A DNA stretch of 63,834 nt, counting the filler, from an uncultured Gemmatimonadota bacterium (GTDB taxonomy: Bacteria; Blakebacterota; Blakebacteria; Blakebacterales; Blakebacteraceae): the NCBI GenBank assembly GCA_964576115.1. It is 4 parts of 4 records of this genome, joined end to end, with 100 filler letters (N's around TTAATTAATTAA, not from the genome) between each part and the next. Parts side by side here need not be neighbours in the genome. Positions count along the whole stretch, not along the records: positions 1 to 18,442 come from CAZNUA010000059.1; 3 more parts are not named here. The stretch is one strand, 5' to 3'. This document shows positions 1 to 8,637 of the stretch, one piece after another. The first letter of the stretch is position 1; every line of letters begins with the position of its first letter. The translations under genes and the position numbers were made by a program. Under the pieces are notes generated by a model that had not been told where the DNA came from, searched no databases, and was given only the letters and a program-made list of their open reading frames with translations.

Positions 1-112
1 GAATAAAGAAATCACCGATCTGAAAATCCGGACATATATTTGAGTTCATCATCATGCCTGCTTCGGTCCGGGCATAGGTAACCCGGGGAAACCAGCATCT
101 CGGAGGACAACC

Positions 113-577
113 ATGCGCTTTTTCCCAACCATCCCCATGATCACGGTAGCCGCGATTCTTGCTGCAGGTTGCAGCGAATCGACATCACCGGATGAGATAA
201 CGATTGGAGACCTCGCGGGCACGTGGGTAGCCGAGTCGTTTGAATACACCGCGGTCGGGAACTCTGCGCTGTATATCGACCTCATCGCCGATGGCGGCAG
301 CTTCACTATGATCATCTCGGCTACCGGCACCTTTTCGGGTACCACCACCTACGCCACTATCGGGACGGTAACATACACCGGCACATTCTCTGTCTCGAAC
401 GACATTCTGACGCAGGATTTCGACGAGGACGGTATCCCCACCCTGACATGGACGATCACGTCATTCGAAGATGGCTCGATGACGATTGAGGGTGCAGAGG
501 GACCATGGGACTTCTCGGATGACGAAGTGAATAACCCGGTTACTGCCTCGATCAAGGCCGTAGTGGTCCGCCAGTAA
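113..577 (+). CDS. Predicted lipoprotein, beta-rich lipocalin-like fold
   Basis: GGAGGA RBS; signal peptide with lipobox LAAGC; 'LAGTW' motif typical of lipocalin-like domains. Confidence 0.75.
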   Translation: MRFFPTIPMITVAAILAAGCSESTSPDEITIGDLAGTWVAESFEYTAVGNSALYIDLIADGGSFTMIISATGTFSGTTTYATIGTVTYTGTFSVSNDILTQDFDEDGIPTLTWTITSFEDGSMTIEGAEGPWDFSDDEVNNPVTASIKAVVVRQ

Positions 578-664
578 TCCGACTCCGGCATGTAGCAGTT
601 CAGGCGGAAGATTGACACGTACGTTGCGGGATTCACCATCCTGCCCCTCGGGTGGCGGATGGAG

Positions 665-743
665 ATGTGCGCTAGATATGTGCCAGACTCAGAATATTCT
701 TACACGCAGGAGGTCACTGGTTCGAATCCAGTATCGCCCACCA
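665..743 (+). repeat. Junction J1: arm motif + 3' half of tRNA-Val(TAC) from anticodon loop to CCA (699-743)
   Basis: GTGCGCTAGATATGTGCCAGA then CTTACACGCAGGAGGTCACTGGTTCGAATCCAGTATCGCCCACCA; T-loop TTCGAAT with stem ACTGG/CCAGT; 5' half of tRNA absent. Confidence 0.9.
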
Positions 744-754
744 GTAACAACTCA

Positions 755-2041
755 CTACTCGTGTTTGATGGCGGCAAGGTCTTTGGGATGCAACCGGTAG
801 CGTATGATGTTGCCTTCGTGCAGGCTGTAGAATTCATCTCGAATATAGTTGATGACCTGCTCGCGATCATCGTCGGGAATACCGGCCTCGACGGCCATGG
901 CCATGATGCGTTCGGGCCGGAACGCTTTCCACTCCAGCACACAACGGCGCACGGCTTTGCGAACGAATTCACGGTAGGCCAGAGTGGCCTTCTCAGGTGA
1001 ATCAACTTCGGCACGTATCACCCTGTAGTTCTCGGCCGAGGTTATGTAGGCATCGATGAACACGTCACGAAGAAGGGAAACGTTGTTCAGCTCATATATC
1101 CCGATCAGGCCATCGACATAATCACTGTCGTCCATCGTGAGAAACGACATGGGGGCGAGGTCGGCTTTCAGGAGCGGGATGTTGGATGCGATGCGTGAGG
1201 TTCGCTTGTTGATATCCTCGAAAGCCTGCAGATACGGGATCTGGACGAGAAGAAAAAAAGACTGCTCGAACGGGTCCGAGATGGCTGCTGCTTTTTGAAT
1301 CAGGATGTCGAACTCCTCCTCGATCATCAATTGATTGTCGAGAGGTCTGTAACTTGAATGGGTAATGCCTACAGGCATGCGACGCAGCCGACCTGCCATG
1401 GCGGGATCGGTAAGAAGACCGTCTGCAAGCAAGGCATGAAGATTGAATATATCCGACCGACTGATTGAAATATCAGTGATGTTATCAACAACATACTGAA
1501 TCGATTCCTTGTGATTGAGGATCATTACTGCTTCCTTGCGATCCTTGCCGGATGCCTCTTCCCCGAATCTGATCAACCGTTCAGTATCAAGGATACTGTA
1601 TGTGTTCCCTTCCAGGTGTGATGATGCCCAGGACAGATCCACCAGAAGTCTTTCAAGGATACGGCGCGCATAGGTATTCGCTGGAAGGGAAGGATGTACG
1701 GGCTGGCCGGCTGCATGCAGGCGCTGTCGATCCTCTTCACCCAGGTAGAAGCTTTTGTCCGGTATATAATGGTCCAGGAATTCCCTGTTGTAGATCGCCG
1801 GTCTTCGACGGTTATAGGGTATCTGCAGATGGGCGCGGACAACGGCGGTACCCGCAAGGCTGTAGCCGGTAGCGCGGGCTTTCCCGGTCACTTCAAGCCG
1901 GCCTTCATCAACAAGTCTCTTGAGGGCACGCCAGACTGTCGGCCCGCTTACATCCGGTGCCACATGGCGCCGGATATCCTCCCGGCCTGCTGCAGGATGG
2001 TCGGCAAGGTAGTCGAGGATTGCTTGATCAGTGAGCAGCAT
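755..2041 (-). CDS. Fic/Doc family protein with N-terminal winged HTH
   Basis: Variant Fic motif YLQAFEDINKRTSR; inhibitory-helix motif SSHLEGN; N-terminal HTH-like segment (VSGPTVWRALKRLVDEG). Confidence 0.9.
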   Translation of the reverse strand: MLLTDQAILDYLADHPAAGREDIRRHVAPDVSGPTVWRALKRLVDEGRLEVTGKARATGYSLAGTAVVRAHLQIPYNRRRPAIYNREFLDHYIPDKSFYLGEEDRQRLHAAGQPVHPSLPANTYARRILERLLVDLSWASSHLEGNTYSILDTERLIRFGEEASGKDRKEAVMILNHKESIQYVVDNITDISISRSDIFNLHALLADGLLTDPAMAGRLRRMPVGITHSSYRPLDNQLMIEEEFDILIQKAAAISDPFEQSFFLLVQIPYLQAFEDINKRTSRIASNIPLLKADLAPMSFLTMDDSDYVDGLIGIYELNNVSLLRDVFIDAYITSAENYRVIRAEVDSPEKATLAYREFVRKAVRRCVLEWKAFRPERIMAMAVEAGIPDDDREQVINYIRDEFYSLHEGNIIRYRLHPKDLAAIKHE

Positions 2042-2136
2042 GAATCGATCCCGTTATTCGATGAAACGATTATCTACATAAATAAAGCGAATTTAGCACG
2101 TTGTCAAGGTATCGTATCATTGATATTGAAACGATA
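2041..2136 (-). promoter_or_regulatory. Putative Fic promoter/operator region
   Basis: TTGACA on minus strand (2102-2107); inverted repeat TATCGTATCA-N7-TGAAACGATA (2110-2136); extra half sites TGAAACGAT (2062) and TGAATCGAT (2041). Confidence 0.5.
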
Positions 2137-2217
2137 GTATTAAAGCCAATCGCCTCCAGCTCGACGGCATCCTACAACTATCAGAAAAACGAATCCATTG
2201 GATAGCGGGCGAACCAT

Positions 2218-2239
2218 CCGTGCGCCGGATATGCGCCAG
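2218..2239 (+). repeat. Junction J2: arm motif only
   Basis: CCGTGCGCCGGATATGCGCCAG, nearly identical to the 5' end of J3/J5/J6; no tRNA fragment follows. Confidence 0.85.
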
Positions 2240-2241
2240 GT

Positions 2242-2748
2242 TCATTCCCATATCATCCTGCACCAGCTGATGGAAAGCGGGTTTGTCGCGCGGGAGATCC
2301 TGGTTCTGCCAGCTCCAATCCGGTTCGCCCGTTCATCGATGACGACCTGCGAAGGGATCCGGAATTCGCCGGGTCCTTCTCCCGGTCCACCGATGTTCCG
2401 GATGAACTGACCGTCAAGGTCATAGACCCGCAAGGTCGATGCCCTGCCATCAAGGACATAGATGTGTTCGGAGTCGGCTTCGATATCGGTGATCATCTCG
2501 AACAGGTATGGACCCTCCTCGTTCGAACCGATGGAAATCTCCTCCTCCAGCCGGGCGTTGCCTGACCAGACCTGCCCCTGGATGGTTCGGACGGTGAGCA
2601 CCTCCCCTTCCTCCGTCCGTTCGCCAGCCCATGATCCGTCAGATGTACTGCCCGATGTGCAGGAGATGATGACAAGTGTCACACACGCAATGATGGTGTC
2701 ACGCGCTTTCGCCCTCGCAGATACATGTGAAACGAAGTGCTCCTGCAT
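2242..2748 (-). pseudogene. Truncated, internally deleted 6-bladed beta-propeller (NHL-like) lipoprotein
   Basis: Signal peptide + Cys; motif YVLD..LRVYDLDGQFIRNIGGPGEGPGEF; only 168 aa versus >400 aa for the paralog at 18543-19777; a C-terminal-like segment lies in a different frame. Confidence 0.75.
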
Positions 2749-2831
2749 ATACGACGCTCCCCGACAGGGTGATAGCTGGTGAGGTTCCGTCGGGCTGTTG
2801 ATTAGACGATTATATCCTGGAGGTGTTGTGC

Positions 2832-2928
2832 CCGTGTACCGGATATGTGCCAGAATCTGTTCCGGTGATGACCGGCCAGGTCCGGTCGGGAGGTGAGGTC
2901 ACTGGTTCGAATCCGGTATCGCCCACCA
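2832..2928 (+). repeat. Junction J3: full 97-bp unit (arm motif + spacer + tRNA-Val 3' fragment)
   Basis: 87/97 identical to J6 by manual alignment; ends AGGTCACTGGTTCGAATCCGGTATCGCCCACCA. Confidence 0.92.
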
Positions 2929-3136
2929 GCAGGTTCTATTTTCACTATTACAGAGAATATTCAGGACACCGGTCATTGCACCGGCAACAGTGATGAGACG
3001 GAGCAATACGAAACAGATCCCGATGTGAAAACACAGGGGACCGCATCCCCGTTGATTGCAGTGGCAGCAGGGGGGGGCTGGCAGAGGGAATCCTCGGCTG
3101 ATAGACTGTTATCATGACACGAAAGGTTAAGATCCC

Positions 3137-5086
3137 ATGAACACGTTCCGGTTCCCGGTTCCGATTCTCTTCTTCCTCTGTCTTGGCGGTGCTGCGGTTT
3201 CGCCGGGAGGGCACTCCCTCGTTGCACAGGAGTCCGCCACAAGCGGCGCGACCGCCCCGCAGTCCCGAACCGGGCCGATCGCCCGGTTTGCATTCGACGG
3301 GACGGTCGAGAACGCTTCTGACTCATCCCTCAGAGGGGTGATCGGCGGGGAACCATCGTTTGTGGCGGGTCTTGAGGGACAGGCCTTGAGCGTCGGGGCT
3401 GATGTATCACCGGTGTATCTGACCTTCGATGCCGGCGACCTGCCGTTCGGGTGCACCCGGGATTTTTCCGTTCAGTTCTGGATGAGAACGAAGGTCGAAT
3501 CCGACAGACAGTTCGTGATCGTGTCACAGAAGGACTTTCCCGACAACAGTCTCGAGTCCCAGAAACATGGCGGCTGGGTTTTCTATGCCTCGGGAGGTAC
3601 CTGGGCCTGGAACATGGGCTCAGGTTCACGGCGGATCACCTATGAACGCGACAACGGAAAACACATGCCCCTGAATGACGGCAGGTGGCATCAGTTGACC
3701 ATGACGTACAGCAGCGAGCGGTCGGAGATCCGGCTCTTCTACGATGGTGTGAACTGGGTGTCGTATCATGTGAGCGACTCGAACGGGTTCGACTTCACCA
3801 ACAGCAGTCCGATGGTGGTGGGGTGGGCCGGCCGGAGCTCGGACGAAGCACCGGCAATCCTGCCGGCCATTCGAGCGGGAGAAGCGCAGCTGCAGGAACT
3901 GGTCGACGCCTTCAACAGCTTTGGATTGAGTGCAGTCGAACCTGATGAGTTCGTTCATCTGATCTGCGACCCGCGCCGTCTGTTCACAGAAAAGGTGGAC
4001 GAGGCAGCGGCACTCAAAGGCGCCGACGGCCCGGCGTTCCGTGAAGCCATGGAAGCGGTGGATTGGGAGCCGGTGGAAGCGGCGGAGTCAGCCCTGATGT
4101 CCAATCCCTTCACGATACATCAGGTCGTGAATTTCATGGAGACGGCACCCCTGCTGAAAATCTATGCCCTGGTCGATGGCAGAGTCACCATTCGGCGCGA
4201 CGCGGCCGAAGGTTTTGCTGAGCATGAAAGGCTGTACCCACCTGAATTCGACATGGACAACCTGACGGTGTGGGACCGTGTGCTGTCATCCGGGGAGGTT
4301 CTCTCTTCATATGCCGACTTCTTCGCGTCGGCCGGTCCTGCTCTCGAGGCGCATCTCTCGTCGATGACGGCCGCTTCATGGAACATCTGGCATGGCGGCA
4401 AACACTGGACGGTGAGTGAACACGGGTGGGATTCGAGGGTTGCTATCGCCGAGATGCTGCGGGACGAAGACGTCGACGTGATCATGATGCAGGAAACGTA
4501 TTCCTCGGGTGATTTCATCGCGGCGGAACTGGGCTATTACTTCGCGACCACCGTTGATTGGGATTACCTGAACCAGGGCGCCAACATCTCGGTGCTCAGT
4601 CGCTATCCCATCAAGGAGGTGCATGTTCAGGCGGACTCGCCCTTCATGAATGTCGGCGTGAAGATCGCCCTGAGCAGAACTCAGGATCTGTACGTGATGT
4701 CGAACTGGTACGGCATGGACCAATTTCCCGCGGTGTTCGATTTTCACGCAGCCCGGTTCAATGAATCCGATACCATTCCCACGTTGTTCGCCGGCGACTT
4801 CAATGCTGTGCCGCACACCGACGGGGGGAACAGTCCCGCTTCGCGGGTATTGCTCGAGGCCGGGTTCACCGATGCCTTCAGGAGCCTCCATCCTGATGTC
4901 GAGGAGTATCCCGGAGCGTCTCATCGAAGTGGGCGGAGAATCGATCAGCTCTACTACAGGGGCAGGGGGCTCACGAACACATCAACCAGGATCGTTTCAA
5001 CCCGGCCGGGAGGGTTCCCGTCCGACCACTTCCTGATCCTGGCGACCTTTGATCTGCATTACGTCACGACCCGGGGGGGCCGATAA
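3137..5086 (+). CDS. Secreted LamG-like jellyroll + endonuclease/exonuclease/phosphatase (EEP) domain protein
   Basis: Signal peptide; LamG features (FSVQFW, LNDGRWHQL); EEP motifs SWNIW, MQE, GDFN, RIDQLY, SDH. Confidence 0.88.
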   Translation: MNTFRFPVPILFFLCLGGAAVSPGGHSLVAQESATSGATAPQSRTGPIARFAFDGTVENASDSSLRGVIGGEPSFVAGLEGQALSVGADVSPVYLTFDAGDLPFGCTRDFSVQFWMRTKVESDRQFVIVSQKDFPDNSLESQKHGGWVFYASGGTWAWNMGSGSRRITYERDNGKHMPLNDGRWHQLTMTYSSERSEIRLFYDGVNWVSYHVSDSNGFDFTNSSPMVVGWAGRSSDEAPAILPAIRAGEAQLQELVDAFNSFGLSAVEPDEFVHLICDPRRLFTEKVDEAAALKGADGPAFREAMEAVDWEPVEAAESALMSNPFTIHQVVNFMETAPLLKIYALVDGRVTIRRDAAEGFAEHERLYPPEFDMDNLTVWDRVLSSGEVLSSYADFFASAGPALEAHLSSMTAASWNIWHGGKHWTVSEHGWDSRVAIAEMLRDEDVDVIMMQETYSSGDFIAAELGYYFATTVDWDYLNQGANISVLSRYPIKEVHVQADSPFMNVGVKIALSRTQDLYVMSNWYGMDQFPAVFDFHAARFNESDTIPTLFAGDFNAVPHTDGGNSPASRVLLEAGFTDAFRSLHPDVEEYPGASHRSGRRIDQLYYRGRGLTNTSTRIVSTRPGGFPSDHFLILATFDLHYVTTRGGR

Positions 5087-5130
5087 ACGAGTCCGGGCCG
5101 GTGAGTCATCACTGTCGGAGGACTAACACC

Positions 5131-7497
5131 ATGCTGCGAATATCTGCTGCATCGAAGTGCCTCATGCAATTTCCCTGGCGCTCTTTGTTGAGTCTGCTGG
5201 TGCTGTTGGGCCTGGCTGCCGTGCCCGTGTTGGCTCAGGAGCCCGAGAAACTGGGTGACATCGAATATTTCACGGAAACCAACAATCAATATGCATTCAT
5301 TACGGCTGACGGCGCCGTCGTCAAAGTGGCTTTCTACCGGGATGATATCTTCCGGATCTGGATGGGACCGGAGGTGGAACTGAGCGATCCGGCCGGCATG
5401 GAGGATACGCCCATCGTCGTGTACGACGGCGAGCCGATCGCAGTGAGCCACAGCGAGGAGCGTGATTACCATCTCATCGCCAGTGAAACCTGCGTGTTAC
5501 GGGTCTATAAATCGCCCTGCACCTTCGCCCTGTACCAGGCAGACAACGCCACGGTGGTGTTCGAAGAAGCCGAGCCCATCACCTACGGCGAGACAATCGT
5601 TCTCGAACCCCCGCCGGTCGATCCAGAGAACGAACGCAGGAGGCGCCGCAGAGGGCCCACCGAAAAAACGGTGACCTACCAGACGCTCAAGCGCGACAGG
5701 AGCGATTATTTCTATGGCTGTGGGATGCAGAACGGTCACTTCAATCACAACGATCGGGATGTGATCATCTCCTCCACCGGCAGCTGGAGAGAGGAGGGAC
5801 ACCCCAACGCGGTTCCGTTCTACATGTCACTGAAAGGATATGGCGCCTTCCGCAACACCTATGCCCGGGGCGTCTATTCCTTCAAGGATCCGGTACGGGT
5901 GGAGCACGAAGAAACCAGGTTCGACTGTTATTATTTCTTCGGCCCTTCCCTGAAGCAGATTCTCGACGGGTACACCCTGATCACCGGCCGACCGTTCATG
6001 ACGCCCATCTGGGCGATGGAATTCGGAGATGCCGATCGCTACGAAGACGGCACCTTCGAATGTGTCTCCTACGCCGACATGTATATCGACAACGATATTC
6101 CCGTCGGCTGGTTTCTTCCCAATGACGGCTACAGGATGAATTTCGAGCGCTTTCCGGAGGTGAGCCGGGAACTCACCGAACGCAATATCTATACGGGCAT
6201 GTGGACCGACGAAGGTCGTGATTTCGAGATGATCGTCAAGGAGTGGGGTGTTCGCCTGTTCAAACTCGATATCGCCTGGGTGGGGCGGGGTTACAAGTTC
6301 TCACTCGATGCCTGCCGCCAGGTCTTCCATCACATCGAAAACAACTCCGACGCCCGCGGTGTGCTGTGGGTGACACTGGGTTGGGCCGGTTCGCAGCGGT
6401 ACACCATCATGTGGACGGGCGACAATGCGGGCAGTCTGGACTGGATCAGGTGGCATATCCCCACCGTGACCGGCTCGGGGCTGTCCGCGCAGAACGGCGG
6501 CACCGGCGATGTCGAGGGTATTTACGGCGGGGACGCGATCACCTATGTCCGGGATCTGCAATGGAAGTGCTTCACCCCCTTCATGATGATCATCGATAAC
6601 TGGTCGGATCACGAGAAGAAGCCGTTCAGCTATGGCGATCCCTGGACCATCCACAATCGCAAGGCGCTGAAACTCAAATCCCGGCTGATGCCCTACCTGT
6701 ACACCTGTGCGTACGAGAGCCACATGACCGGCGTACCGGTGCAGCGCGCGCTGGTGTTGGAATTCCCCGACGATCCCAACACCTGGACCGAAGCCGGTGA
6801 GAACGCGAGAACGAAGTATGAATTCATGTCGGGCGAGTCCTTTCTGGTAGCTCCGGTCTTCGAGGATACCACTGCCTGGAGCTTCTATCTTCCACCCGGC
6901 AGGTGGACCGATTTTGCCAGTGGCGAGGTATACGGCGGCGGACAGACGATTACGGGATATGACGTTTCCAATTTCACGTTGCCCGTGCTGGTGAGAGAGG
7001 GCGCCATAATCCCCATGTATCCCGAGGCGTACTACGAAAACAGGGTCCAGCAGCGGCCCCGTGATCCGCTGCAGGTGGACATCTACCCCCATACCACCGA
7101 GACGACCGCCTTCACCCTGTTCGAAGATGACGGCCTGACCTATCAGTTCAGAGAGAACCGGTTCAATAAAACGCAATTCAGCTGTGATGCCGTAACGGAG
7201 CCGGGCACGATCAGTGTTGCCGTCGCGGGTTGTATGGAAGGCGATGGCTATGAGGGAATGCCACAGGAGAGAAACTACTATTTCACCGTGCATTGCGATC
7301 GGAAGCCGACGACCGTGTTCTGGACGAGTGTTCCCGGCGCCGTGAGCCAACTGCGTGAAAGAGCCGATAGTGATGAACTGCAGGGAAACGCCGAGGGCTG
7401 GTGCTATGATCCGGAGCAGGGAGGAGTGATACACATCAAGCTCAAGCCCCTCGCATATGATGCCGTGATACAGATTGAAATTCCGGTCGGGATGTGA
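5131..7497 (+). CDS. Glycoside hydrolase family 31 (CPE1046/Nag31-like, possible alpha-N-acetylgalactosaminidase)
   Basis: GGAGG RBS before ATG 5131; motifs GWFLPNDGY, KLDIAWVG (nucleophile), WTGDN (acid/base), LMPYLY; C-terminal beta-sandwich domains. Confidence 0.85.
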   Translation: MLRISAASKCLMQFPWRSLLSLLVLLGLAAVPVLAQEPEKLGDIEYFTETNNQYAFITADGAVVKVAFYRDDIFRIWMGPEVELSDPAGMEDTPIVVYDGEPIAVSHSEERDYHLIASETCVLRVYKSPCTFALYQADNATVVFEEAEPITYGETIVLEPPPVDPENERRRRRRGPTEKTVTYQTLKRDRSDYFYGCGMQNGHFNHNDRDVIISSTGSWREEGHPNAVPFYMSLKGYGAFRNTYARGVYSFKDPVRVEHEETRFDCYYFFGPSLKQILDGYTLITGRPFMTPIWAMEFGDADRYEDGTFECVSYADMYIDNDIPVGWFLPNDGYRMNFERFPEVSRELTERNIYTGMWTDEGRDFEMIVKEWGVRLFKLDIAWVGRGYKFSLDACRQVFHHIENNSDARGVLWVTLGWAGSQRYTIMWTGDNAGSLDWIRWHIPTVTGSGLSAQNGGTGDVEGIYGGDAITYVRDLQWKCFTPFMMIIDNWSDHEKKPFSYGDPWTIHNRKALKLKSRLMPYLYTCAYESHMTGVPVQRALVLEFPDDPNTWTEAGENARTKYEFMSGESFLVAPVFEDTTAWSFYLPPGRWTDFASGEVYGGGQTITGYDVSNFTLPVLVREGAIIPMYPEAYYENRVQQRPRDPLQVDIYPHTTETTAFTLFEDDGLTYQFRENRFNKTQFSCDAVTEPGTISVAVAGCMEGDGYEGMPQERNYYFTVHCDRKPTTVFWTSVPGAVSQLRERADSDELQGNAEGWCYDPEQGGVIHIKLKPLAYDAVIQIEIPVGM

Positions 7498-7529
7498 GGT
7501 CACTGGTTCGAATCCAGTATCGCCTGCCA
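7482..7529 (+). repeat. Junction J4: 5'-truncated unit (spacer end + tRNA-Val 3' fragment), overlapping the GH31 stop codon
   Basis: TCCGGTCGGGATGTGAGGTCACTGGTTCGAATCCAGTATCGCCTGCCA matches the last 48 nt of J3/J6. Confidence 0.9.
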
Positions 7530-7745
7530 GTTTCATTATCACACTCAACCACATGATTCCGGCTCCGACTCCTCCGGTCACGCGGGATTCGTCATTGCCT
7601 GTGAAACTCTGAACAGAAGGGACCGTATTACTGGATACATAAGGTTCTCATATATAAGAAGATACTGTGTGTGAACCTTTCAGGCACCAGCCAGGCCGCG
7701 TGCCGCAGTGATTCCCGAACGTTCTGAAACCTGGGGAGCAGCATC

Positions 7746-8072
7746 ATGCAGGGGGCAGCTGGAGAACATCACGAAGAAGAGATCGCGCAGCTCAGCGCCG
7801 GGATTGAACGGCAGAGACGATTGCAGATCGCCGGTCTTGTTGTCGTTGTGGTATTCGCCCTTCTCGCTTGTCTGGCGAGGATCATCAGAGGTGATCTGCT
7901 GGGCATACCGTTTCCCATCTGGGTATCACTTGCTGCGATACTGCTGGTAATGAAGCTGGTCTATCTGTTCGCTGCCTGGCGCTGTCCCCGATGCGGTGGT
8001 TTTCTGGGGTCCGGCTATCACCCCCGTTTCTGCTCCCGTTGCGGTCTGGAGTTCGCATCCGCCCGCAAATGA
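7746..8072 (+). CDS. Small two-TM membrane protein with C-terminal zinc ribbon
   Basis: GGGGAG RBS; two hydrophobic stretches; CPRC-x11-CSRC. Confidence 0.7.
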   Translation: MQGAAGEHHEEEIAQLSAGIERQRRLQIAGLVVVVVFALLACLARIIRGDLLGIPFPIWVSLAAILLVMKLVYLFAAWRCPRCGGFLGSGYHPRFCSRCGLEFASARK

Positions 8073-8200
8073 TGAGAAAGATACGGCACCCTGTTGAGGC
8101 AGTGTCGTACGCGTAGTCTCCTCTTCATAATCAATACGGAGTGTGAGTTGAATCGACAGGCAGCGTTCAGAATGGCATGTTGCCTCCGGTATCATCCGAC

Positions 8201-8359
8201 ATGCTGTTCGCCATCGGAAGCATCGGTGCCGTCGCGTATATGCTCTATCTCCCGGAGTATGGAGTCAGCATTGCGGCCATGATGAACAGTTTTGAAGGGA
8301 AATCCCTCTCTGTGAAAGGTCTTGCCCGGGTGACCGTGAATTATCTGCGCGATCGCTGA
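8201..8359 (+). pseudogene. Possible 3' remnant of a serine hydrolase (beta-lactamase-like) gene
   Basis: GSIGAVAYMLYLPEYGVSIAAMMN resembles the C-terminal strands of class C beta-lactamase-like hydrolases; upstream part missing. Confidence 0.4.
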
Positions 8360-8375
8360 TCGCTGAAATACATTT

Positions 8376-8472
8376 CCGTGTGCCGGATATGTGCCAAGAT
8401 GTATGACGGTGTTGCGTAGTCAGGACCAGTTGAGGCAGGAGGTCATTGGTTCACGTCCGGTATCGCCCAGCA
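8376..8472 (+). repeat. Junction J5: full-length but diverged 97-bp unit
   Basis: CCGTGTGCCGGATATGTGCCAA, same 64-nt offset to AGGTCA; tRNA part GCAGGAGGTCATTGGTTCACGTCCGGTATCGCCCAGCA has about 6 mismatches. Confidence 0.88.
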
Positions 8473-8637
8473 GCAACTATTTAATATTCAATAAGTTGTA
8501 AGAGTTGCCGGGATATTGTACCCCTCTACACAACCCTGATTATTGAGCGATATAGAAAGATAATAACCTTGATAAATGAGCGTATGATATTAATAATAGC
8601 CCAGTATATATGAATATTATCGTCTGCAGGGGGAGGA

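Noticed and set aside
612-1014. Short ORFs sharing VRIQYRPP / GDTGFEPVT peptides (also 2893-3117, 9926-10162, start of 6301-7581)
   Set aside because: These are translations of the tRNA-fragment repeat, not a protein family.
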